Shown here: positions 19,586 to 29,579 of the stretch, piece by piece
How positions within the stretch are numbered: the first letter of the stretch is position 1
Layout: the number at the start of each line of letters is the position of its first letter
From: Bryobacterales bacterium
GTDB taxonomy: Bacteria; Acidobacteriota; Terriglobia; Bryobacterales; Bryobacteraceae
Reading direction: 5' to 3'
Length of the DNA stretch: 64,000 nt
Assembly: GCA_963703295.1 (NCBI GenBank)
Contig: OY969810.1
Coordinates: 1,232,001-1,296,000 of the forward strand
Notes under the pieces: model-generated
Seen by the model: only the letters and a program-made list of their open reading frames with translations
Databases searched by the model: none
Told to the model about the DNA's origin: nothing
Program-made: the position numbers and the translations under genes

Positions 19586-20041
19586 ATGAAGAACCTGTTC
19601 GATGCGACGCTGGCGAATCAGGTAAAGACCCGGCTAGGACAATTGGCGCCGCAGAGTGAGAGGCGCTGGGGCAAGATGACCGCGGCGCAGATGCTGGCGC
19701 ATTGCTCGGTGAGTATGCAGTGGGCGGTGGGAGACGTGGCGCCCGAAAAGGAAGCGCTAGCCGCACGTCTGATGGGGCGACTGGTGAAACCGATGGTCTT
19801 TCGGAACGAAGACCCGCTACGCAAGAATTCGCCGACGGCAAGAAGCCTCATTGTGGCGGACCAACGAGATTTGGGCAAGGAACGGGAGCGGTTATCGGGA
19901 CTGATTGACAGGTTTGCGGCGGGAGGGGCGGCGGGGTGTACCAGGAATCCACATACTTTCTTTGGGAGAATGACGCCGGAGGAGTGGGCGATCTTAATGT
20001 ACAAACACCTTGACCATCATCTGCGGCAGTTCGGGGTGTGA
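19586..20041 (+). CDS. DUF1569 (DinB-like) protein
   Basis: 151 aa, preceded by AAGGAGGA. Contains RRWGKMTAAQMLAHC ... HHLRQFGV, characteristic of DUF1569. Confidence 0.7.
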   Translation: MKNLFDATLANQVKTRLGQLAPQSERRWGKMTAAQMLAHCSVSMQWAVGDVAPEKEALAARLMGRLVKPMVFRNEDPLRKNSPTARSLIVADQRDLGKERERLSGLIDRFAAGGAAGCTRNPHTFFGRMTPEEWAILMYKHLDHHLRQFGV

Positions 20042-20254
20042 CGCCTCGAAACCGTAGGTTGTGAGACTAACGGTGCTCGCGCAAAGCGCCGCGCTGCAGC
20101 AGCAGGTTGACAGAACCGGACTCGGCGCGCGACACTGCGAATTGCTCCGTGCGGGTCGCCTGGGCGAGCCGTAATCATTCCAACCTACAGGCGCACCTGC
20201 AATTCGGGCGCTGAATCAACTGACGGCCATGCGAGGCCGTTGAGGATTTAGCCA

Positions 20255-21161
20255 GTGCGCGGCATTGAAACCAAAAAAGACGAAGCGGAAGAATTAGCGA
20301 GCATGTCCGTGCTGGGACACCTGGAAGAATTACGGTCTCGCCTGCTGAGATGCCTCGCGGGGATCGCGGTTGCGGTGGTGTTGAGTTTTACTTTCACGGA
20401 CGCGTTTTGGGAGTTTGTGAAGCAACCGGCGAAGGCGGCGCTGATCGCCGCCGGACAGCCACCGCTACTGATGCAGACGCAATCCATGGAAGTGGTGACG
20501 GTGATCTGGTTCAAACTGCCGCTGGTTTGCGCAGTATTTCTGGCATCGCCATGGGTGCTGTATCAATTGTGGGCGTTTATTTCGCCGGGACTCTACCTTC
20601 ATGAGAGGCGATGGGCGGCGCCGTTCATCGTGGGCTCGGCCGGGCTATTCATCGCTGGCGGCGTGTTCAGTTACTTCATGGTGTTCCGCTACGGGCTCAC
20701 ATTTCTTTTAAGCGTTGGGAGGGGGCGCGATGTGACTCCGGGCATCACGGTGACCGACTATTTCGATAAATTTGTCAATGTCATTTTGGGCGTAGGCGTG
20801 TCGTTTGAGTTGCCGGTGCTGGATCCTGCTGCTGGTAATGTTGGGGATTGCGACGCCTGGATTTCTGCTGCGCCACAGCAGGTATGCCATTCTTGCCATC
20901 GTGACCGTTGCGGCAGTAATTACTCCCACCACGGACCCGTTCAACCTGATGCTAGTGGCGGGGCCGTTGTGCGCACTCTTCTTCGTGGGCATCGGTGCGG
21001 GATATCTGGTGACGCTGCGGCGCGAAGGACGCGCGGTTTCGAAGAAGGCACCGATAGGAATCGGCGTTGGGTGTCTTGCGGCTGCGGTGTATTGGTGGTG
21101 CGCGCGGTCTGGCCGGCAATTGACCTGGCATTGGCCTTTCCTGGTCCGCGAAAGCCGGTAG
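20255..21161 (+). pseudogene. tatC: Sec-independent translocase TatC, interrupted by a 1-nt frameshift near 20822
   Basis: Frame 1 reads the TatC N-terminal two thirds (HLEELRSRLL...SPWVLYQLWAFISPGLY...VSFELPVL). The conserved continuation (ILLLVMLGIATPGFLLRHSRYAILAIVTVAAVITPTTDPFNLMLVAGPL...) is in the frame of ORF 20805..21161. The switch falls between ctg (20819-20821) and atc (20823-20825). Confidence 0.8.
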
Positions 21162-21242
21162 CGTCGTCGCAGGCGGTTCGAATCGGTCCTTGCGCGTTCG
21201 CGCCCGGCCAACTCGCGCGGGCTAGCGGTATCATTTCGACAG

Positions 21243-23912
21243 ATGATTTCCCCGGGTACGCAGCTTGGTCCTTATGAGGTGCAGACGCTTGTCGGCGCGG
21301 GTGGAATGGGTGAGGTGTATCGCGCGCGCGACGGGCGGCTGAATCGCACGGTTGCCCTGAAGATTTTGCCCGCGCAGGTGGCATTCGACCCGGGACGGAG
21401 GCAGCGTTTCGAACAAGAAGCGCGCGCGGCGAGCGCTCTTAATCATCCGAATATAGTTTCTGTTTACGATATCGGGGAGCAGGACGGGCTGGCTTACATC
21501 GTTTCCGAACTGATCGATGGCGAGTCCCTGCGCGATGCGATACGGCGCGGTCCAATGGCCCTGAGCCGGTTGCTGGACCTTGCCGGGCAGATTGCCGCGG
21601 CCCTTGCTGCGGCGCACGCAACAGGCATTGTTCATCGCGATCTGAAGCCGGAAAATATTATGGTCACGCGCGACGGGCGCGCGAAGATTCTCGATTTCGG
21701 ACTGGCAAAACAGATCTCGGCAGCTGTCGGAAGCGAGGCGCGAACGGCAACCCAGACTTCGGCCGGCGCGGTGATCGGCACGGCGGCATACATGTCGCCC
21801 GAGCAGATCCGCGGCGAGCCTGTGGACCACCGGTCGGATATCTTCAGCTTCGGGCTGGTGCTCTATGAATGCATCACGGGCAAGATGCCTTTCGAGCGGT
21901 CGACTTCGGTTGAGATCATGACCGCGATTCTGCGCGAGGACCCGGCGGAACTACCGGAATCGGTCTCGCCCGCGCTGCGGCAGATTGTCTGGCATTGCCT
22001 TGAAAAGGAACCGGAACAGCGCTTCCATTCGGCCGGCGATTTGGGGTTCGCGTTGCGAACGGTTAGTGTAACTTCCACCCGGCCGACGGGAAGCGTCCCG
22101 GTAGTTCAGAAGGCGCGCACGCCTTCGTGGATATGGCGCGGGGGAGTCGCCGTCCTGGCGGCGCTATTGGTTGGTCTCGCGATCCCACGCATGCTGCAGC
22201 CGGCGCCGATTGACCTGGCAAACTACCGGCTAACGCCTTTCGCGACGGATCAAGAGCCGGAATTCGAAGCGACGTGGTCGCCGGACGGCAAAAGCATCGC
22301 TTACCTGAAGACGACCGCGGGCATTTCGCAATTGATGGTGCGCGCGCTGGACGCGCCGACGCCCGTTCAATTGACGCATTCGCAGGCGGACGTTACGCAT
22401 GCCTTTTGGGCGCCCGATTCCAGTCTGCTCTATTTCACATCGCGCGCCGGGGAGAGGAACGAGGGTGGATCGGTCTGGGTGATCAGTCCCGCCGGCGGCC
22501 AGGCCAAACGAATCGTTACTGGCTTATATACGGCGGCCATTTCACCGGACGGCAAGACTCTCGCCATCTGGCAGGGCCACTCTGAGGACGGGCTACACTT
22601 GCGCGGATCAGTGATGATCGCTACGCCGCCCGACACCGCGCCCAAACCGTATCTTCCCGAGCCGTTTGCGAACGTGGAACTATCGGATGCCAATCGGCTC
22701 TTATTTTCGCCGGACGGAAAATCGATTCTGTTGCTGGCCGGGGACAACACCACCGAAGTTTGGCTGTTGCCGTTTCCGGGCGGAGACAGGACGCCTCGCC
22801 GGTTATTCGCCAAGACCGATTTAGGCATTGCGGGGCGTGCCAGTTGGATGCCGGACAGCCGCCACGGCGTGATTTCCTTCGGGGCTGGACTGGGCGCTAC
22901 GCATTCTCTGTGGATGGCGGATTTTAAGGACGAAACGCTGCGCCGGATTACGGCTTCGACGCTGGGAAACGATGAGCCATCGCTCGCGCCCGAAGGGAAT
23001 CGGCTGGCATTCACCACGGTGGCGGATGACTACGATCTGTTGACGCTACCATTGAATGGCGGCGCGCCGGGTACCCTGGCGGCGAACAGCCGCAACGAGC
23101 TATCGCCATCATGGTCGCCGGACGGAGAGCAGATCATCTATTCGACGGACCGTAGGGGAGCGCGCGAGATTTGGATGAGGAACCTGAAGGCGGGAATCGA
23201 CCGCCCAGTGGTCACGGCGCACGATTTCCCACCCGGTACGACAACTGCGCTGGCCGACCCGGCATTTTCGCCAGACGGCAGCCGTTTCTCCTTCGTTCGT
23301 TACGCGACGGATGAGCCGGTAGGAGTGTGGTTCGAGCCTTCGGTGGGGGGAGCGCCCATCCGACTGGCGCCGGAGCAGATTCAAGGACAGGTCTGGGCGC
23401 CGGACGGAAATTCGATCGCGGGACTGGTGCGCCGCGACAGTCCGTGGCAACCTGCGATCGTAGGCGTGGGAGCGAATATGTCGGCGCATTTGATCCCAAA
23501 CGCGCCCTTTTGCTGGACCCCGCTCGATTGGTCGCCCACCGGGGAGTGGCTGGCGTGCGAAACCGCAGACCGCATCGCGCTATTTAGTCCGGACGGAAGT
23601 AAGTCGAAGGCGCTGCCCAAGATAGGCGCCGTGACGTTAGCGTTTTCACGCGACGGCAAGACAGTGTACGCGGTGGGGAAGCAGAACGGCGGCTCTTTCC
23701 TGAAGGCGATCGACGTTGCCACGGGCGCGGTGCAAACGGTGGCGAATTATGGTTCGGCTCTGACCATCAGCGGGGGGCTGCAATTCCAGACGCGCTTGAG
23801 CCGGGCGGCAGATGGAAAGAGCCTGGCGACCTCGGGGGTGACCATCAAATCCGATCTATGGCTTTTAGAAGGGTTCCCGCTACCCCATGCTTGGTGGCGC
23901 ATCTGGAATTAA
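21243..23912 (+). CDS. Ser/Thr protein kinase fused to TolB-like (PD40/WD40-like) beta-propeller repeats
   Basis: Hanks kinase motifs (GAGGMGEVYRA, ALK, HRDLKPENIM, DFGLA, YMSPEQ), then a TM segment, then repeated SPDGK/APDG beta-propeller blades. Confidence 0.9.
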   Translation: MISPGTQLGPYEVQTLVGAGGMGEVYRARDGRLNRTVALKILPAQVAFDPGRRQRFEQEARAASALNHPNIVSVYDIGEQDGLAYIVSELIDGESLRDAIRRGPMALSRLLDLAGQIAAALAAAHATGIVHRDLKPENIMVTRDGRAKILDFGLAKQISAAVGSEARTATQTSAGAVIGTAAYMSPEQIRGEPVDHRSDIFSFGLVLYECITGKMPFERSTSVEIMTAILREDPAELPESVSPALRQIVWHCLEKEPEQRFHSAGDLGFALRTVSVTSTRPTGSVPVVQKARTPSWIWRGGVAVLAALLVGLAIPRMLQPAPIDLANYRLTPFATDQEPEFEATWSPDGKSIAYLKTTAGISQLMVRALDAPTPVQLTHSQADVTHAFWAPDSSLLYFTSRAGERNEGGSVWVISPAGGQAKRIVTGLYTAAISPDGKTLAIWQGHSEDGLHLRGSVMIATPPDTAPKPYLPEPFANVELSDANRLLFSPDGKSILLLAGDNTTEVWLLPFPGGDRTPRRLFAKTDLGIAGRASWMPDSRHGVISFGAGLGATHSLWMADFKDETLRRITASTLGNDEPSLAPEGNRLAFTTVADDYDLLTLPLNGGAPGTLAANSRNELSPSWSPDGEQIIYSTDRRGAREIWMRNLKAGIDRPVVTAHDFPPGTTTALADPAFSPDGSRFSFVRYATDEPVGVWFEPSVGGAPIRLAPEQIQGQVWAPDGNSIAGLVRRDSPWQPAIVGVGANMSAHLIPNAPFCWTPLDWSPTGEWLACETADRIALFSPDGSKSKALPKIGAVTLAFSRDGKTVYAVGKQNGGSFLKAIDVATGAVQTVANYGSALTISGGLQFQTRLSRAADGKSLATSGVTIKSDLWLLEGFPLPHAWWRIWN

Positions 23913-24004
23913 GTGATGTAAAGACAATGTTTTCTTTGTTTCCGACCACAGTCATGTAACGCATTCGGAGCAGCACGCATCTTCATATCCGTAGCGCAAA
24001 GGAT

Positions 24005-25234
24005 ATGAACATCACAAGGCGAAGCCTGCTTTCCACTCTGCCCCTGCTCTCGGCGGCAAGCTTTTTGCGGGCCCAACCGCAAGGGGCGCAACAAACAACT
24101 GGATCGACCCAGACCACGGCCCCACCAGCTGACGGGAAGCCTCAGGCAGCTTTCTCTACCGACGTAAAGCTGGTGAACGTCTACGTAACGGTACGCGACA
24201 AGAAGGGCGCGATTGTCACCAATCTGAATCAGGCCGATTTCGCGCTTAGCGAAGACGAGCATCCGCAAGTAATCAAATATTTCTCGCGCGAGAGCAATCT
24301 GCCTCTCTCATTGGGCATGCTGGTGGATACCAGCGGCAGTCAGCGCAACGTGCTCGACAGCGAACGCACGGCCAGCATGCAATTTTTGCGGCAGGTGATG
24401 CGCCCAGACCGCGATCTGGCGTTCGTGATCCACTTCGATACCGAAATCGAGTTATTACAGGATTTAACTGCGGACAAGGTCAAATTGGCCAAAGCCATCG
24501 AGCTATGCGCACCCAGCGCCAGGCCGCAATTCCAGCAGCAGGGCGGGCAGCAGGGAGGCCAGTCTCCCAATGGCGGTGGCTACCCGAATGGTGGCGGCTA
24601 CCCGAATGGTGGCGGTTACCCCAACGGCGGAGGCTATCCGAACGGGGGCCAGCGGCGTGGCGGCGGCGGACAAATGGGTACGGCGCTCTATGACTCCATC
24701 TATCTTGCCTGCGACGAAGTAATCAAAAAGCAGCAGGGACGGAAAGCGCTGATTTTGCTGACGGATGGCGTGGACCATGGGAGCAAATATACGCTCTCGA
24801 TGGCGGTTGAGTCGGCGCAGCGCGCGGATACCATGGTCTATTCCGTGCTGTTCTCGGATCCTCACGGCAATGGGAATGGTCCGGTCGGTTTCGGCCCGCC
24901 GATGGGCCGGCGCCGCATGGGCTATCCCGGCGGTGGTTATCCCGGTGGAGGCGGGTACCCGGGGGGCGGCGGCAATGGCGGAGGAGCTAACGGCAAGAAG
25001 GTTTTGCAACAAATAGCCGACGAGACCGGCGGCCGCTTTTTCGAGGTTTCGAAGAAATTGCCGCTCGACAAGGTGTACGACGAGATCGAAGAGGAACTTC
25101 GCAGCCAGTACAGCATCGGATATACCTCGGATACTTCGCCTGAGACGGGAAGAATGTACCGCAAAATCGCCGTGACCGTGCCGAAGCAGAAGACCTATGT
25201 GGTGCGGGCTCGCGAAGGGTATTACGCCAGTTGA
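24005..25234 (+). CDS. VWA-domain secreted protein (Acidobacterial VWFA-related type) with Gly/Tyr/Pro-rich inserts
   Basis: Signal peptide (MNITRRSLLSTLPLLSAASFLRAQ). VWA MIDAS-type motif (LVDTSGS) and ALILLTDGVDHGS. Two low-complexity GGGYP tracts. Confidence 0.85.
   Translation: MNITRRSLLSTLPLLSAASFLRAQPQGAQQTTGSTQTTAPPADGKPQAAFSTDVKLVNVYVTVRDKKGAIVTNLNQADFALSEDEHPQVIKYFSRESNLPLSLGMLVDTSGSQRNVLDSERTASMQFLRQVMRPDRDLAFVIHFDTEIELLQDLTADKVKLAKAIELCAPSARPQFQQQGGQQGGQSPNGGGYPNGGGYPNGGGYPNGGGYPNGGQRRGGGGQMGTALYDSIYLACDEVIKKQQGRKALILLTDGVDHGSKYTLSMAVESAQRADTMVYSVLFSDPHGNGNGPVGFGPPMGRRRMGYPGGGYPGGGGYPGGGGNGGGANGKKVLQQIADETGGRFFEVSKKLPLDKVYDEIEEELRSQYSIGYTSDTSPETGRMYRKIAVTVPKQKTYVVRAREGYYAS
24569..24649 (+). 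repeat. Coding tandem repeat: four 18-bp units plus a partial one, encoding (NGGGYP)4
   Basis: The units are aatggcggtggctacccg / aatggtggcggctacccg / aatggtggcggttacccc / aacggcggaggctatccg, followed by aacggggg. They differ mainly at synonymous positions. Confidence 0.85.
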
Positions 25235-25265
25235 GAGAGCGTGCCGGCTACCCCATAATGGTGGT

Positions 25266-25601
25266 GTGCTGCATCTCTACCTCAAGCCAACTTGAACCAC
25301 CTGCCGCAAAGCGAAGAGTTTGCTTCGCGAAAAAGGCGTTGCGTTCGAAGAGATCGACCTCAACAAGAAGCTCTCAGTTGCCCAACTCGACAGCTTGATC
25401 GGCCCGCGCGATTACAAAATGTTTCTAAATTCGCGCAATGAGCTATATCGAGAGCGCGCGATGAAAGATAATCCGCCACCGCGCGCGGAAGCTTTGCGTC
25501 TGATGGCGGAGCATCCGAATCTGATCAAGAGGCCGATTTTCGTGCGTGGGGACAAGATCGTTCTTGGCTTCGACGAGTCAGCAATCCACGGGTTGATTTG
25601 A
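25266..25601 (+). CDS. ArsC/Spx-family thiol oxidoreductase-like protein with an in-frame UGA (25293-25295) at the first Cys of the CxxC motif; candidate selenoprotein (or nonsense pseudogene)
   Basis: Reading through the TGA gives (V/M)LHLYLKPT-U-TTCRKAKSLLREKGVAFEEIDLNKKLS...LIKRPIFVRGDKIVLGF. This is the canonical ArsC/Spx N-terminus (Y..P.C.TCRKA) with TGA where the first Cys sits. The ORF track only reports the part from 25320. Start codon (GTG 25266) is uncertain. Confidence 0.6.
25311..25328 (+). other. Candidate bacterial SECIS-like hairpin
   Basis: Stem GCGAAG (25311-25316), loop AGUUUG, stem CUUCGC (25323-25328). It starts 15 nt after the UGA and has a G/U-containing apical loop. 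The stem is only 6 bp. Confidence 0.35.
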
Positions 25602-25622
25602 CGACAAAGCGCCCGCGCTCTA

Positions 25623-28076
25623 CTACCGCAGCGTCCCCTCGGTTTCTCTTAGCCAATCGGGCCGCTTCAAAACATCGCGCGGCTTGCTGCCATCGGGCGG
25701 CCCGATGATTCCGTCGCGCTGCATCATGTCGAGAATGCGCGCGGCGCGGCCGTATCCCAGCCGCAGGTGGCGTTGTAACGTGGAGGTGGAAGCTTTCCCC
25801 ATCTGCAGCACCAAACGCACCGCCTCTTCGTACATCGGGTCCTGATCTTCGTTGGCGGGTTCGTCGGCTGAACCTGACTCCTCGTCGCTGGGCGGCGCGA
25901 TCAGATAGGATTGGTCGTACTCGGGCTTAGCCTGGTTCTTCCAGAAATCCACCACGCGGCCGATCTCGGTTTCGGTGACGAATGCGCCGTGCACGCGCGT
26001 GAGGCGCGAGGAGCCGGGTGGCAGAAACAACATGTCGCCCTTGCCCAACAGGTGTTCGGCGCCCATCACGTCGAGAATGGTGCGGGAATCGACGCGCGTT
26101 GCCACGCGGAAGCTGATACGGGCGGGGAAGTTCGCTTTGATCAGCCCGGTAATTACGTCGACGCTGGGGCGCTGCGTCGCCAACACCAGGTGCATGCCGA
26201 CGGCGCGGGCCATCTGCGCCAGGCGCGTGACGCTCTCTTCCACGTTCTTGCCTTCGAGCATCATCAGGTCGGCCAATTCGTCGATCAGAATCAAAATATA
26301 AGGCAGGGGTTTGGGATCTTCCTGTGTCTCCTCGCCCTCCGGGAAGAGATTGCGGGGTTCCTCCTGCAATTTCTGAATCTTCTTGTTGAACTGCTCGATG
26401 TTCCGCACGCCGGCTTCGGCCAGCAGACGCAGACGCCGCTCCATCTCCAGCACGGCATTGCGCAGTGCGTTGGTGGCCTTCTTGGGATCGACAATCACGG
26501 GCGTGAGCAGGTGCGGAATGTTCTCGTACATGCCGAGCTCGACGCGCTTGGGGTCCACCATGATGAAGCGGACATCGTCGGGCGTCGCTTTATACAGAAT
26601 CGACATAATCATCGAATTGATCATGACGCTCTTACCCGATCCGGTTGAGCCTGCGATCAACAAATGCGGCATGGCATCCAGCGCGGCCACGCGGATGCGG
26701 CCGTTGATATCTTTGCCTAGCGCGATGGTCAAATGGGAACGCGACTGGTTGAACTCGTCCGATTCGAGCATCTGCCGCAGCGAAATCAGTTCGCGCTTGG
26801 TGTTCGGAACCTCGATGCCCACAGTTGGCTTGCCCGGAATGCGCTCGATGAGAATCGATTCGGCCTGCAGCCCCAAACACAGATCTTCCATGAGATTCGT
26901 GATCCGGCTGTATTTGATGCCGGCTTCGGGTTTGAACTCGAATGTCGTGACCACCGGGCCAGGGTTGATCTGCGTCACGTTGCCGAGTACATTGAACTCT
27001 TCGAACTTAGATTTAATGCGCACGGCTACATCTTTGAGTTCCTGTTCGTCGTAGGCGCTCCGGCCCGGCGCCAGGTTGAGCAGTTCCGTGGGCGGCATCG
27101 CGAACATCAGGGGCTTACGCTCGGCAGGCACGGGCGCCAGGTGATGTTCGGGAACCAATGCCGGCAAAGGATCTGGCGGAAGATCTTCAATGGGACAGAT
27201 TGGGATTTCGTGGATGGAAGCGTATTCAGACGCTTCTGGCGTATCCGCGGCGGTTGCTGTGCCGGTCTCATGCGCCGTCTCCCACGGAGGCGTGTCGGGG
27301 CCGGCTACCGTTTGATTCACCGCGGCTGCTTTACCGCGGACGCGGCGCGTCTCCGATTTGACTAAGCGAGCCTCCACCTTAGCGGCTGCTTTAGCTTCCA
27401 ACTCCGCTGTTTTTGAGGCAGCGGCTTCGGCCTTGGCGTGACGCTTGGCCTCGCGCGCTTTCGCCTGCTCAAGCGATCTCAGTTGCAGGCGTTCGCGCCA
27501 GGCATAGAAGGCCTCCCGACGCCGCTCGATGAAGGCCAATGGACGCGCGAACCAAACTGCCAGCTTGGCAATGGTGAAGGTGGACACCAGGTAAACGGAA
27601 ATGATCACCGCGGTGGCGGTGAACAGAATGGCGCCGGCAAGGTTGAGCGAATCCACCAGATAACCAGCCAGCGCATAACCGAGCGTGCCGCCGATGCGAA
27701 TGTTGCCGCTGAAAAGGCGCAGGGGTACGAACGAAAACGCCGCGCAGGCGCTCAAGATCAGCGTCAACGTGCCACCGAGCTTAATCGCTCCGGCTTCGAT
27801 CTCTTCCGAGCGGATCCATCGCCACGCCAGCAGGAATGTCAGTAGCGGGAATAGAAATGCCGCGGCGCCGAAGACCTGCAGAAACAAGTCGGAAAGATAG
27901 GCGCCGGGATAGCCTATCAGGTTGAGGGGTCGCGTGGAGGATGCGGTATCCCAGGACGGGTCCTGAGTATGGTACGAGATAAGGCTCAAGAGCAACACCA
28001 GGCCCCCTGCAAGCAGCAGGAACCCGGCGGCTTCATTTAGCCTTTTGTGAGGCGTCGGAGATAGTAGCTTCATCAC
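25623..28076 (-). CDS. ftsK: DNA translocase FtsK/SpoIIIE
   Basis: N-terminal TM helices, a linker, a Walker A motor ([12 protein letters not shown]) with the DELADL Walker B, and a C-terminal gamma winged-helix domain ([24 protein letters not shown]). Confidence 0.95.
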   Translation of the reverse strand: MMKLLSPTPHKRLNEAAGFLLLAGGLVLLLSLISYHTQDPSWDTASSTRPLNLIGYPGAYLSDLFLQVFGAAAFLFPLLTFLLAWRWIRSEEIEAGAIKLGGTLTLILSACAAFSFVPLRLFSGNIRIGGTLGYALAGYLVDSLNLAGAILFTATAVIISVYLVSTFTIAKLAVWFARPLAFIERRREAFYAWRERLQLRSLEQAKAREAKRHAKAEAAASKTAELEAKAAAKVEARLVKSETRRVRGKAAAVNQTVAGPDTPPWETAHETGTATAADTPEASEYASIHEIPICPIEDLPPDPLPALVPEHHLAPVPAERKPLMFAMPPTELLNLAPGRSAYDEQELKDVAVRIKSKFEEFNVLGNVTQINPGPVVTTFEFKPEAGIKYSRITNLMEDLCLGLQAESILIERIPGKPTVGIEVPNTKRELISLRQMLESDEFNQSRSHLTIALGKDINGRIRVAALDAMPHLLIAGSTGSGKSVMINSMIMSILYKATPDDVRFIMVDPKRVELGMYENIPHLLTPVIVDPKKATNALRNAVLEMERRLRLLAEAGVRNIEQFNKKIQKLQEEPRNLFPEGEETQEDPKPLPYILILIDELADLMMLEGKNVEESVTRLAQMARAVGMHLVLATQRPSVDVITGLIKANFPARISFRVATRVDSRTILDVMGAEHLLGKGDMLFLPPGSSRLTRVHGAFVTETEIGRVVDFWKNQAKPEYDQSYLIAPPSDEESGSADEPANEDQDPMYEEAVRLVLQMGKASTSTLQRHLRLGYGRAARILDMMQRDGIIGPPDGSKPRDVLKRPDWLRETEGTLR

Positions 28077-28897
28077 GCTGGCCGGCGGATGAAAGCCAGA
28101 GCAAGAACTATTATGCCAAAAGCGATGCGGTAATAAACGAACGGTCGCAAAGTGCTGCGATGTAAGTAGTTAAGAAACCAAGCGATGACCGCGCATCCGG
28201 TGAGCGCGCTGACTGTTACTCCTACAATAAATGTCGAACTGAACAGATCATGAAGGCCGTGCTGTTTATGAATGTTATACAACGCCTTCGCGGCCGCCGC
28301 GGCGATGGCGGGCGTCGAGAGCAGAAAGGAGAACCGCGCGGCCGTTTCCCGGTCAAGATTGCGGAATAGCCCGGCGGTGATCGTGATTCCGCTACGGGAC
28401 GTACCGGGAATTACGGCCAAGGCCTGAGCCAGTCCGATGCTCAGCGAATCCGTCAACGTTACCATGCCCAGATCGCGCACCAGCCTGCCGCTGTTTTCTC
28501 CCATCCACATCACGATTCCGACTAGGATCAGCATAATGCCCATTACAGTAGGGTTACGCAGCGTGGTATCCGCCTGCTTTTCAAACAGCAGCCCCGCGAT
28601 GCCGACCGGAATCGAGCCCACCGCAAGCAGCCACAACAAGTTGGGGTTGTTACTTATCGCCTCATCCTGTCCGATGCGCATGCCGAAACCCTGCCCGATA
28701 ATCTGCACCCAGTCTCGGGCGAAATAGACCACGACGGCTATTAAGGTGCCGAGATGCAGCATAATATCGAAATCGAGAGCCTCCGTGTTCCAGCCGAGTA
28801 GCCACGAAGTGAGGTAGAGATGGGCGCTGCTGCTGATGGGAAGGAATTCAGTTAGGCCCTGAACAATGCCCAAAACGACAACCTGGTAAATCGGCAT
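28073..28897 (-). CDS. uppP: Undecaprenyl-diphosphate phosphatase
   Basis: 274-aa polytopic protein with the BacA/UppP motifs ([24 protein letters not shown]). Its stop overlaps the ftsK start. Confidence 0.95.
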   Translation of the reverse strand: MPIYQVVVLGIVQGLTEFLPISSSAHLYLTSWLLGWNTEALDFDIMLHLGTLIAVVVYFARDWVQIIGQGFGMRIGQDEAISNNPNLLWLLAVGSIPVGIAGLLFEKQADTTLRNPTVMGIMLILVGIVMWMGENSGRLVRDLGMVTLTDSLSIGLAQALAVIPGTSRSGITITAGLFRNLDRETAARFSFLLSTPAIAAAAAKALYNIHKQHGLHDLFSSTFIVGVTVSALTGCAVIAWFLNYLHRSTLRPFVYYRIAFGIIVLALAFIRRPA

Positions 28898-29009
28898 AAA
28901 GGTTCAGAGTGAGGGATAGGACTGGTTATGTCAAGCACAGTTCTTCCGGCGGATGGGATTTGTCTGTTAACGGGTTAAGCCCTTTTTCCGTCTTGGTTTT
29001 GTCATTATC

Positions 29010-29579
29010 ATGACTCCAGCCATGTTGGCGCCGGTGGAAATACGGGACGACGACAATCTGGTTCGCGCGGCGGCCGCAGGCGATCGGGCGGCATTCGGCG
29101 AAATCTATGTTCGCTATGCGCGCATGGTACACGCTATCCTGCTGTCTCGCGTGCCGCCCCGGGAGGCAGAGGATTTGGTGCAGGACGTCTTTCTTTCGGC
29201 CATGAAACAGCTCGGCGGATTGCGGACGGCAGCGGCTTTTCGGGGTTGGCTGGGCGCCATCGCGCGCAACCGGGCGAGCGATTACTTTCGCGGCGCGCGC
29301 GCGGAGATGCCGCTCGACGACGCCGATCTTGACCGGATAACGGCGGCCAACGGGCAGAATAACGGGACGTCCACGGGGGCGGAATCGCATGCGGCGCTGG
29401 CCGCTATACGCGGCTTACCCGAGGCCTATCGCGAAACACTATTTATGCGGCTGGTGGAAGGTATGACAGGTCCGGAAATCGCACGGCAGACAGGGTTGAC
29501 GCCGGAATCGGTAAGGGTCAACCTGTGCCGCGGCATGAAACTGCTGCGGGAGGCATTGGAACACGGAAAAGCAAAATGA
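29010..29579 (+). CDS. ECF-type RNA polymerase sigma factor
   Basis: Sigma70 region 2 (FGEIYVRYARMVHAILLSRV...AEDLVQDVFL) and region 4 (LPEAYRETLFMRLVEGMTGPEIARQTGLTPESVRVNLCRGMKLL). The stop overlaps the next start (ATGA). Confidence 0.9.
   Translation: MTPAMLAPVEIRDDDNLVRAAAAGDRAAFGEIYVRYARMVHAILLSRVPPREAEDLVQDVFLSAMKQLGGLRTAAAFRGWLGAIARNRASDYFRGARAEMPLDDADLDRITAANGQNNGTSTGAESHAALAAIRGLPEAYRETLFMRLVEGMTGPEIARQTGLTPESVRVNLCRGMKLLREALEHGKAK

Noticed and set aside
20051-20191. Imperfect inverted repeat accgtaggttg ... caacctacagg, separated by about 120 nt, upstream of tatC.
   Set aside because: Only 9 of 11 positions match, the spacer is long, and no recognisable RNA family or terminator context is present.
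25258-25398. Alternative reading of the ArsC-like 5' region as a frameshift. It would start at ATG 25258 (MVVCCISTSSQLEPPAAKRR...).
   Set aside because: That frame gives a 46-aa low-complexity peptide with no ArsC similarity. The conserved N-terminal motif is in the same frame as the downstream gene, interrupted only by TGA.
28966-28992. Possible ECF-type promoter (GTTAAC-N17-CGTC) upstream of the ECF sigma gene at 29010.
   Set aside because: It is a generic AAC/CGT match with no second occurrence to support it, and it would leave almost no 5' UTR.
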